Origin: Vibrio vulnificus CMCP6 | Lineage (GTDB): Bacteria; Pseudomonadota; Gammaproteobacteria; Enterobacterales; Vibrionaceae | DNA: 32,000 bases | NCBI RefSeq assembly: GCF_000039765.1 | Contig: NC_004459.3 | Span: forward strand, 1,710,001 to 1,742,000 | Reading direction: 5' to 3' | In this document: positions 18,812 through 26,120 of the stretch, in pieces | Numbering within the stretch: the first letter of the stretch is position 1 | How the letters are laid out: the number at the start of each line of letters is the position of its first letter | Notes under the pieces: generated by a model | Database searches by the model: none | Told to the model about the DNA's origin: nothing | Seen by the model: only the letters and a program-made list of their open reading frames with translations | Position numbers and translations under genes: made by a program

Positions 18812-19735
18812 CTATTGCTCTTCAACCAGTTCACCGGTAATGGGATAGGTGTCTTGAAAACCTTCAATTTCCATAAGTAGCCACTGATGAAAGAGCTTTA
18901 CTTTCTTGCGTTGGAAGTAACTCGAAGGGGCACAGATGTAGTAGCTATAGCGGGTTTTCATCGCAATATCTCCGATGCGGACCAGTTTGCCTTCTTGGAT
19001 ATAGCGTGCAGCCAATGAATGTTTGACGAGCGCCACGCCCTGAACGGCAAGAGCGCCTTCCAACACAAAATGAGATCCGTCATATTGAATGGTGGAATGG
19101 CCGCCCGTTAAACCTACACTTCTCATAAACGTTTCCCAGTCCATATCAGGCCAAGTATCTTCAATTAAATCCGCTCTCGTAATGTCACTTAAATCGTGCA
19201 AGTGATGCTGTTGTGCGTAGATTGGGTGACAGACTGGGTACACGAGATCGTCCATTAACCACTTTGTTTCTATATTGGGGTATTTTCCGCGCCCGTATCG
19301 AATACTTAAATCGATCTTGGAGCCTTCAAAGGTGACGAGTTGATTCGTGGGTTCTAGTAGCAGCGAAATCTCATTTTGCTGTTTCTTAAATGCAGTCAGC
19401 CTAGGGACTAACCAGTGTTGAGCGAAAGAAGGTAGGGTGGAGACGGAAAGTTGGTTGGGATTAGCATCCGAGCTGATCAAACGGACGCCTTCTTGAAGAT
19501 GAGCAAACCCTTTTTGAGCTTGCTCGAAAAGCACTTTTCCTTCTGGAGTGAGGGTGACTTTTCGATGTTGTCGGATAAAAAGGGGGATGTTCAATGATTC
19601 TTCTAGCTGTCTTATTTGCTGGCTCACTGCAGCCGCAGACACAAATAGTTGTTCAGCTGCGAGTTTAAAACTCCCTGTTTGACATGCAACGTAAAAGTAA
19701 TAAAGACCTTGCAAAGGTGGCATACGCTCTTTCAC
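18812..19735 (-). CDS. LysR-family transcriptional regulator (GcvA-like subgroup)
   Basis: The N-terminal HTH is PPLQGLYYFYVACQTGSFKLAAEQLFVSAAAVSQQIRQLEESL, followed by a LysR substrate-binding domain. The track start is a GTG at 19735; ATG 19723 (MPPLQ...) is an alternative. Confidence 0.9.
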   Translation of the reverse strand: MKERMPPLQGLYYFYVACQTGSFKLAAEQLFVSAAAVSQQIRQLEESLNIPLFIRQHRKVTLTPEGKVLFEQAQKGFAHLQEGVRLISSDANPNQLSVSTLPSFAQHWLVPRLTAFKKQQNEISLLLEPTNQLVTFEGSKIDLSIRYGRGKYPNIETKWLMDDLVYPVCHPIYAQQHHLHDLSDITRADLIEDTWPDMDWETFMRSVGLTGGHSTIQYDGSHFVLEGALAVQGVALVKHSLAARYIQEGKLVRIGDIAMKTRYSYYICAPSSYFQRKKVKLFHQWLLMEIEGFQDTYPITGELVEEQ

Positions 19736-19750
19736 TTAAGTTTTCCTTAA
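19736..19750. promoter_or_regulatory. Candidate LysR-type T-N11-A box
   Basis: TTAAG-TTTTC-CTTAA is an interrupted palindrome in the LysR/DUF1127 divergent intergenic region. Confidence 0.3.
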
Positions 19751-19834
19751 CTCAATGTCAATTTGTATCGTTTGAGGCTTTGTATTGATAGAGAGATTAT
19801 TAGCCTTGAAAGACAAACAAAGCAAGGTGAAGTT

Positions 19835-20038
19835 ATGGAATCCAATATCAATCATCACGCATTAACTCAAACATCAGAGTTGAGTTTGATTAAGAAATTA
19901 TTGAATGAAATCGAGCGTTGGAGGCGCAATCATTCGACGAGATCTCATTTATCTCATCTCTCAGATCATTTGTATAAAGATGTGGGTCTAACAAAAGAGC
20001 AGGTACGTGATGAAGTCAAACGGAGCTTTTGGGATTGA
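19835..20038 (+). CDS. DUF1127 (YjiS-like) small protein
   Basis: Start moved to ATG 19835 (SD AAGGTGA at 19824-19830), giving 67 aa. The C-terminal RRNHSTRSHLSHLSDHLYKDVGLTKEQVRDE fits the DUF1127 R-x-L-x-x-LSD-x-L-x-D-[IV]-G pattern. Confidence 0.75.
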   Translation: MESNINHHALTQTSELSLIKKLLNEIERWRRNHSTRSHLSHLSDHLYKDVGLTKEQVRDEVKRSFWD

Positions 20039-20051
20039 GTATTAAGTCGAG

Positions 20052-20077
20052 GCTGACTCACAGCTTGGTGAGTCAGC
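20052..20077. terminator. Perfect 10-bp hairpin between convergent genes
   Basis: GCTGACTCAC-AGCTTG-GTGAGTCAGC. No U-tract follows on either strand. Confidence 0.4.
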
Positions 20078-20115
20078 TCGATATCAACGGAAGCTTAGGT
20101 GTGAATTAGTACAGG

Positions 20116-21801
20116 TTATTCTTCCCACACCACGAGCTTATCTTTTGGCCAGTTTTGCCCCACTTCGTGGTATTTCTGTTCCAAAACATGTCGTTTGATT
20201 TTTAACGTTGGCGTTAGGATGCCATTGTCGATACTCCAAGGGTCTTTAATCATCAACACCCCTTTGATCTGCTCGTGCGATTCGAGTTCCGCGTTCATTT
20301 TGGCAATCACACGTTTAGTTGTGCGTTCATAGCGATCGCGATCGAAGTTCGGGAAGTTATGCGGAACCACCAATAAGATTGGCGCTGGCAAGCCGAGGCC
20401 AATCAAACACATCATTTCTACTCGGCTGTATTCAAAGAGTTTATTCTCAATAGGGACAGGTGAAACAAACTTGCCTTTGGCCGTTTTAAAGGTGTCTTTC
20501 TTACGACCTTGAATGGTGAGATACCCTTCGGCATCCAGTCGACCAATATCGCCAGTGTGTAGCCAGCCTTCTTTATCAAAAGCTTCTTGAGTGGCAATGT
20601 CGTTTTTGTAGTATCCAGAAAATAGCCCCTTGCCACGAACCATGATCTCATCATCAGCTGCAATTTTGAGCTCAATACCGGGGCCTGCGTTGCCAACCGA
20701 GCCTATTTTGTCGGCTCTAAATGGGTAGTTTAAGGTGCTATAAGCGAACGATTCTGTCATCCCCCAAGCTTCGGTAATGTTCAAGCCAACACTGTGATAC
20801 CACGCGAGTAAGGCTGGAGAGACTGGAGCAGAGCCACAACCCAGCACTCGGGCTTGATCTAGGCCAAGGCCATCGGCCAACTTCTTCTTAATCAAACCGC
20901 TGACAAATGGGATTTTGAGTAGGAAGTTGAGGCGTTTTTGGGGCAGTTTGTCTTGAATACGTTGCTGGAATAAGGTCCATAAGCGTGGTACAGAAATAAA
21001 CAGTGTTGGACGCTGCATTTTTACGTCTTCGATAAAGGTATCCAAAGATTCAGGGAAGGCGGTAGGTACCCCTCCCATAATGGAAGAACCGAAGATATAG
21101 ACGCGTTCTGTGATATGTGCCAGTGGCAAATAAGAGAACAATCGATCGTTGGGCTGAATGCCAATATGGTTAATTAACTGCTGAACAGACCATGAAAACG
21201 CACCATATGTGAGCATTGCCCCTTTCGGTAGACCGGACGTTCCCGAGGTGTAAACCAGTGACATCAATTTATCGTCGTAGTGCTGTGGCCTGTCGCTGCT
21301 CGGCTCCGATTGCAAAATGAGCGTGGTAAATTGGTATTGGCAATGCGGGGAGCTATCGTAGGGGAGAGCAATGCTTTTCACGTCCACCAGATCATCGATC
21401 ACTTTCTGAGTCGCGGCGGCATCATCAAGTTTGCCGGCAATGAGGATTTTACTTTCACTGTGTGTGATGCAGTATTCAATTGTATCCGCTCCGGCGGTTG
21501 GGAAAATCGGTACGCTCACATAGTCACCTAGCATCATGGCTAAGTCACAAATAAACCACTCCGCGCAGTTTTTAGAGATCAGTGCGATTCTATCGCCGGG
21601 TTCCGCTCCCAGTTCTTTGAGTGCGGTGACTAAGCGAAGGGCTTTGTCGGCTACTTCTGAATAGGTGAATTCAACAAACTGTCGGTTGATGATCTGTTTT
21701 AGATATACCTCATGTGGGCGTTCCTTTGCCCATTTCAGGATCATATCGCTTGGGGTAGGGAGAGCAAGTTGCGGTTTGCTTAACTCGTTAGGTTGAATCA
21801 T
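20116..21801 (-). CDS. AMP-forming acyl-CoA synthetase (long-chain fatty-acid-CoA ligase-like)
   Basis: 561 aa with the AMP-binding signature YTSGTSGLPKG, GWLHTGD and a C-terminal TPTLKIKR. SD GGAG lies upstream of the ATG. Confidence 0.9.
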   Translation of the reverse strand: MIQPNELSKPQLALPTPSDMILKWAKERPHEVYLKQIINRQFVEFTYSEVADKALRLVTALKELGAEPGDRIALISKNCAEWFICDLAMMLGDYVSVPIFPTAGADTIEYCITHSESKILIAGKLDDAAATQKVIDDLVDVKSIALPYDSSPHCQYQFTTLILQSEPSSDRPQHYDDKLMSLVYTSGTSGLPKGAMLTYGAFSWSVQQLINHIGIQPNDRLFSYLPLAHITERVYIFGSSIMGGVPTAFPESLDTFIEDVKMQRPTLFISVPRLWTLFQQRIQDKLPQKRLNFLLKIPFVSGLIKKKLADGLGLDQARVLGCGSAPVSPALLAWYHSVGLNITEAWGMTESFAYSTLNYPFRADKIGSVGNAGPGIELKIAADDEIMVRGKGLFSGYYKNDIATQEAFDKEGWLHTGDIGRLDAEGYLTIQGRKKDTFKTAKGKFVSPVPIENKLFEYSRVEMMCLIGLGLPAPILLVVPHNFPNFDRDRYERTTKRVIAKMNAELESHEQIKGVLMIKDPWSIDNGILTPTLKIKRHVLEQKYHEVGQNWPKDKLVVWEE

Positions 21802-21920
21802 TCTCTAACTCCATGTTATTGGCAAAACAAGTATTATTTTTATGTTAATTTATTGTTAACCATAGCATGCTTTATGCTCATCAGAAATAAAAAAAACCGG
21901 ATGTGAGACAAGAATTTGAG

Positions 21921-22649
21921 CTAGTTAGAAAGTCGATATTTCCCTGGACTTACCCCGGTTTTCTTTTTAAATATGCGCGAAAAATACGACACGTCTCGAT
22001 AACCACATTGATAAGCGATAAAGGCGATTTTCGCATGGCGATCTTCGAGCAACAGCTGTTTGGCTAGATTGATGCGTTTGTTGGACAAGTAATCTCGGAA
22101 GCTGAGTCCAATCTCTTTGTGAAACACTTTAGAAAAATAGGTAATAGAGTAGTGGCAAAACGAGGCGGCGTCTTCTTCGCGAATGACATTGCTGATGTTG
22201 TTGTCGATGTGATTTAGCAGAGATTGTAACGCTTGGCTAATCATGGGATCGGCGGCTTGTGCAGAAGCGTTGCCACCGAGCTCTACATACCATCGTAGAT
22301 TCATTCTTGAGATAAGCTGTTTCAACCATTCTTGGGTGTTTTGTAAAGACAGATTGAGATGGTCGAAAACGGCAGAGTGATAGTAAGAGCCCAACTCAAT
22401 CGGCCGAGAGTGGATTAAAATCAACTTCTTATTGAGATTGATACTGAGTTTTAGCGCCGTCAGCAGTAGCGGGTACTGCTCTTCTGAATGGATGAAAAAA
22501 AAGGCAAACTGGGTACTCGGTTCACTGAGAATAGAGACGTCTGTGTCATGTTCAATCAGAGTGAACGTATTGAGAATAAGATCTTTTTCGGTTTTCTCAA
22601 GCAGGCGGACTGAGCTTCCCAGCCAATGAGCGGTACGTCTCACTTCCAT
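21921..22649 (-). CDS. AraC/XylS-family transcriptional regulator
   Basis: 242 aa. The C-terminal dual HTH includes FSKVFHKEIGLSFRDYLSNKRINLAKQLL and IAYQCGYRDVSYFSRIFKKKTGVSPGKYR. I do not recognise the N-terminal ~135 aa. The gene is divergent from the flp operon and has SD GAGGGGGA. Confidence 0.85.
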   Translation of the reverse strand: MEVRRTAHWLGSSVRLLEKTEKDLILNTFTLIEHDTDVSILSEPSTQFAFFFIHSEEQYPLLLTALKLSINLNKKLILIHSRPIELGSYYHSAVFDHLNLSLQNTQEWLKQLISRMNLRWYVELGGNASAQAADPMISQALQSLLNHIDNNISNVIREEDAASFCHYSITYFSKVFHKEIGLSFRDYLSNKRINLAKQLLLEDRHAKIAFIAYQCGYRDVSYFSRIFKKKTGVSPGKYRLSN

Positions 22650-23093
22650 GCTGATTCCCCCTCAAACTGAAATATGAATATCAAGCAGCTATTGTTTGCA
22701 TTTCAAAGGGCGAAGAGTGTGTTGTCCCAAATTATCCCTTTGTGCCTCAGTGTGGTCACCTTGGTGGTGCTTTGCAGATTCTGCTCTCATACAAAAAGGT
22801 TAGTGCTGCCACAAAAAAGTGCCAACAAAAAAAGTGATCCTTTTGGTTTGTGCAGTGATAGGTGGTTCAAACAAACGCTAACGAACAGTATTTGCCTTTT
22901 ATTTCATCTACTTTTAGTGATTAGACTTTAGTAGTGGTTGAGCGCTTTCTGCTCTCTAGTGATAGAAGGGCAATGAAGAATTTGCGTAAAGTCGTAAAAA
23001 AGTACTAGTAAAAGACAAAAAAGTCCTAACGTCTTTATTTAGCGACCTCTAACTTTAAAGGGCAAGTTCATTGCTTATGGAAGGAGAGACACA

Positions 23094-23258
23094 ATGAGCA
23101 ATCTATTACACAAAGCAAAAGCGTTTATGCAAGATGAAGAAGGTTTGTCGGTTGTTGAATACGTTGTGGGTGCAGCGTTACTGGTTGTTGCTCTAGGGCT
23201 AGTATTCAGTAACTTAGGCACCAATTTACAGAACAAGCTAAACGCGGCAGTCAGCTAA
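23094..23258 (+). CDS. flp: Flp-family type IVc pilin, copy 1 (absent from the ORF track because it is under 60 aa)
   Basis: My hand translation is MSNLLHKAKAFMQDEEGLSVVEYVVGAALLVVALGLVFSNLGTNLQNKLNAAVS (54 aa). It carries the Flp processing motif G/LSVVEY followed by a hydrophobic helix. A strong SD GGAAGGAGAG lies upstream. Confidence 0.85.
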   Translation: MSNLLHKAKAFMQDEEGLSVVEYVVGAALLVVALGLVFSNLGTNLQNKLNAAVS

Positions 23259-23440
23259 TGTCGATCTATGAGCGAGTCTTTGCTCTACGTATGAGATGTT
23301 CAGGTTTCATATGTGATGAGGAAGGATTAAGTGTTGTGGAATACGTCGTTGGGGCGGCGCTACTGGTGTTAGCCATAGGGACTCTATTTTCTGGATACGA
23401 CACTAAGCTAAATAACAAGATCGATGGTGCTCTTAGCTAG
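23258..23440 (+). CDS. flp: Flp-family pilin, copy 2
   Basis: 60 aa with the same DEEG/LSVVEYVVGAALLV core. Its ATG overlaps the flp-1 stop (TAATG). It has no SD of its own and its leader is atypical. Confidence 0.75.
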   Translation: MSIYERVFALRMRCSGFICDEEGLSVVEYVVGAALLVLAIGTLFSGYDTKLNNKIDGALS

Positions 23441-23474
23441 TCGCTGACATTCCACTCTAGGGAAGGAGGGGCAG

Positions 23475-23993
23475 GTGGTCATAAACAGTTTGATATGGTT
23501 TTGTTTGCTGGTGGTTGCCGTTTACGACGCCAGAGATAACCGAATACCAAATGCATGGCTTTTGCCCCTGACTCTTCTTGCTTGCTTACATTGGGTGGGC
23601 AAGGGGGATTTTAGTCAGCTGTTTTTAGCGATAGGTGCAGGTTCAATCTATTTTGGCAGTGGCTTGGTCCTTTTTTTCCTTAGGGCGATGTCTCCGGGTG
23701 ATGTAAAGCTTCTTGGCGTAGTGGGTGTAGTGATCGGCTGGGATGCCATGGGCGCAGTTGCCTACTGGATTACACTTTCAGCCGGGCTCGTTGCGCTGTT
23801 TTTCATGATGCTTCACTACGCTCAATATCCTGACTCTTTACAGAAATTGGTTGGTCGATATTCGTTTCAAGCAATGTCAGGTCAGGTTCCTTTACTTTCT
23901 GTTTATCCATCAGAAGTGGTTGTTCAAGGAAAACTCACCATGCCGTTTGCACCCGCCGTTGTAATTGGGTTAGCGCTGTTTCATTACTTTTAG
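23475..23993 (+). CDS. tadV: Flp prepilin peptidase (TadV/CpaA, A24 family, no methyltransferase domain)
   Basis: 172-aa polytopic protein with a GTG start preceded by GGAAGGAGGGG. The two catalytic-Asp contexts are VYDARDNRIPN and SPGDVKLLG. Confidence 0.85.
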   Translation: MVINSLIWFCLLVVAVYDARDNRIPNAWLLPLTLLACLHWVGKGDFSQLFLAIGAGSIYFGSGLVLFFLRAMSPGDVKLLGVVGVVIGWDAMGAVAYWITLSAGLVALFFMMLHYAQYPDSLQKLVGRYSFQAMSGQVPLLSVYPSEVVVQGKLTMPFAPAVVIGLALFHYF

Positions 23994-24020
23994 TATGAGC
24001 ATATTAAGTAGGGGGCTTTC

Positions 24021-25367
24021 ATGGCAGAACCCACAGCGAAACACAGAGATAAACTGACGCCTCAAGCCGCTCCACCGAAGGTGCCAACCTCATTAAATCA
24101 ATTGAAAATTCCACCTGTCGTGGTTGAGAATTTGCTGATCAAGCAATTGGCAGCATACCCCAAATCGGACCTACTGACGTTGACGCGTTTGATGGGACTC
24201 AACAGCCATATTGTTGATGAAGTGCTGGCTGTTTTAAGAAAAAAATCCCTTGTTGAAGTTTTTCAATCGGATCCCGCTGCGTTTGGGGATACAAGCCATG
24301 GAACGCGGATTCTTTATGCTCTATCGGAATCGGGTATGGAAGAAGCGGACGATGCGTTTATTAAAGATGCTTATTTGGGCCCGTGTCCTGTTTCCGTGAT
24401 GGAATATTCTGAGATGGTTAAAGCGCAAGATGTCCGGGCAAAAATCGTCAATCGAGCCGATGTGGAATACGCGTTTAAAGATGTCCTTGGTGCGCATCGT
24501 ATGGTCGCTGTATTAGGCCCTGCCATTAATTCAGGTCGAGCGTTGCTCCTCTATGGTGATGCTGGCACAGGAAAAACCTTTGTGGCCACTCGGCTACTTA
24601 ACTCTTTGAATACATCTGTGTTTATTCCTTACTCCGTCTATGCCGCAGGTAACATTATCAAGGTGTTTACCCCGCAGCATCACAAAAAAGTGGAAGAAGA
24701 AGACGCGCAGCAATCCATTGTTTTCAAAGACCAGTTTGATAAGCGCTGGGCGCTGTGTGAGCGACCCAGTATTCAGGTGGGTGGGGAGCTCACCATGGAA
24801 ATGCTGGAAGTGAACCACTCTCAACACAATCGAGTCTGGATGGCACCCCTGCAAATGATGGCTAATAACGGCATCTTCATTATCGATGACTTGGGCCGTC
24901 AACCCATGCCGGTGGCGACACTGCTCAACCGCTGGATTGTGCCGATGGAGTATTTCTACGATTACCTCTCTTTGCCGAATGGCCAACAAATAACCATTCC
25001 TTTTATTCTCACGTTGGCGTTTTCGACCAACTTAGATCCAGAAAAAATCAGTGACCCCGCTTTCTTGCGCCGTTTAGGTTACAAGATTCAGTTCCAGCCT
25101 CTTATGAAAGATGAGTACCAAGAGCTATGGCAAATCATGGCGCGCGGAAAATCGCTATCACTTGAGCCGGGGTTGTTTGACCGATTAACCGAACTGCATG
25201 AGCAACATAGTGTTGGCTACTATCCCTGTTTGCCAAAAGACATAGCGGGTATCAGCCGCGATATTGTTGCTTTTGAAGAGTCAGAGCCCGTGATCACTCG
25301 GCAAGTACTAGAAAGGGCTTGGGAAGTTTACTTTACCGCGGATGGTAAAGGCGGAGGTGCACGATGA
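24021..25367 (+). CDS. AAA+ ATPase (MoxR/NtrC-like layout) embedded in the Tad operon; function unknown
   Basis: Walker A GDAGTGKT (24555-24578), Walker B IFIIDD (24873-24890), a sensor-1-like STN and an Arg-finger-like DPAFLRRLGY. The N-terminal ~170 aa is not an ATPase. The stop overlaps the rcpC start (ATGA). SD AGGGGG is present. Confidence 0.8.
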   Translation: MAEPTAKHRDKLTPQAAPPKVPTSLNQLKIPPVVVENLLIKQLAAYPKSDLLTLTRLMGLNSHIVDEVLAVLRKKSLVEVFQSDPAAFGDTSHGTRILYALSESGMEEADDAFIKDAYLGPCPVSVMEYSEMVKAQDVRAKIVNRADVEYAFKDVLGAHRMVAVLGPAINSGRALLLYGDAGTGKTFVATRLLNSLNTSVFIPYSVYAAGNIIKVFTPQHHKKVEEEDAQQSIVFKDQFDKRWALCERPSIQVGGELTMEMLEVNHSQHNRVWMAPLQMMANNGIFIIDDLGRQPMPVATLLNRWIVPMEYFYDYLSLPNGQQITIPFILTLAFSTNLDPEKISDPAFLRRLGYKIQFQPLMKDEYQELWQIMARGKSLSLEPGLFDRLTELHEQHSVGYYPCLPKDIAGISRDIVAFEESEPVITRQVLERAWEVYFTADGKGGGAR

Positions 25368-26110
25368 GTCGTAACCAAATTATTTTACTGTTTTTACTCT
25401 CAATTTTATTTGGTTTGGCGGCCGTATTTTTTGCCAAGCAGTGGATGGATAAGCAGCTGACGCCTCAACAAGATGTTGAAGTGGTTGAGCGAGAACCTGT
25501 GGTGATTGCGGCCATAGAAATTCCGGCTGGCAGTGTGATTGAGCCGCAGCACCTCACCACAAAACTGTTGGAAAAATCGTGGCGTGAGCTCTCGCAATAT
25601 ACCGATCCTAAAGAGCTGGTGGGGCAAATCGTTGCGGGAGCAATTTACCCTGGTGAAATCATCATAGAGCAGCGTTTGACCGTGCCTGGTGAGGGCTCGA
25701 CGCTTGCTGCGTTAATTCCAGAGAACAAACGAGCCATTACCATTCGCGTAAATGATGTGATTGGCGTGGCGGGTTTCTTGCTGCCGGGAAACCGTGTTGA
25801 TGTACTCAATACCGTCTCTTACAGCAAAGGTTCAGCGGTCACTAAAACCGTACTGAAAGATATTAAGGTGTTGGCGGTGGACCAAACGGCCAGAACCAAA
25901 GAGAACAAGCCGATCATCGTTCGAGCGGTGACATTGGAAGTCACACCGGATCAGGCGGAAAAACTGTTGAGTGCCAAGAGCAAAGGTGAAATCCAACTCA
26001 CCTTGCGTAATCCACACGAGCCTGAGGAAAAAGTGGTTCGTCGTTATGTCGCCCCTAGTGTCACCATAATCAAAGGGACGGAGTCATCGAAGATTCAGGT
26101 AAAAGAATAA
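25364..26110 (+). CDS. rcpC: RcpC/CpaB Flp pilus assembly protein
   Basis: 248 aa with an N-terminal TM anchor. A SAF-like region (VVIAAIEIPAGSVIEPQHL) is followed by an RcpC-type region (RAITIRVNDVIGVAGFLLPGNRVDVL). Confidence 0.85.
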   Translation: MSRNQIILLFLLSILFGLAAVFFAKQWMDKQLTPQQDVEVVEREPVVIAAIEIPAGSVIEPQHLTTKLLEKSWRELSQYTDPKELVGQIVAGAIYPGEIIIEQRLTVPGEGSTLAALIPENKRAITIRVNDVIGVAGFLLPGNRVDVLNTVSYSKGSAVTKTVLKDIKVLAVDQTARTKENKPIIVRAVTLEVTPDQAEKLLSAKSKGEIQLTLRNPHEPEEKVVRRYVAPSVTIIKGTESSKIQVKE

Positions 26111-26120
26111 GGTGTGACGC

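Noticed and set aside
22674-22931. 85-aa ORF in the AraC/flp divergent spacer
   Set aside because: It has no SD, a Leu/Cys/Ser-rich low-complexity composition and no recognisable motif, and it lies in an A/T-rich regulatory spacer. I judge it a chance ORF.
22953-22966. CTCTAGTGATAGAA, resembling half of a tetO operator
   Set aside because: Only a 9-nt partial match (AGTGATAGA) with no palindromic partner and no TetR gene nearby; likely coincidence.
22973-23008. 11-codon basic micro-ORF (MKNLRKVVKKY) with an upstream GAAGGG in the flp leader region
   Set aside because: It could be a leader peptide, but it is composed largely of the A-tract elements themselves. Nothing in the sequence (no attenuator hairpin) supports a function.
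23060-23075. Sigma54-like element GGGCAA-GTTCA-TTGCT just upstream of flp-1
   Set aside because: The GG/GC spacing is correct, but the -12 GC at 23073-23074 would put the TSS at about 23085, inside the flp-1 Shine-Dalgarno (23079-23088). That leaves no usable leader. No enhancer-binding-protein gene is seen nearby.
18654-23093. Search for island boundaries (tRNA, integrase, IS ends, direct repeats) flanking the Tad locus
   Set aside because: None was found on the left side within the window, and composition looks similar to the core genes by eye. I therefore cannot call the Tad region a mobile or recently acquired island from this window alone.
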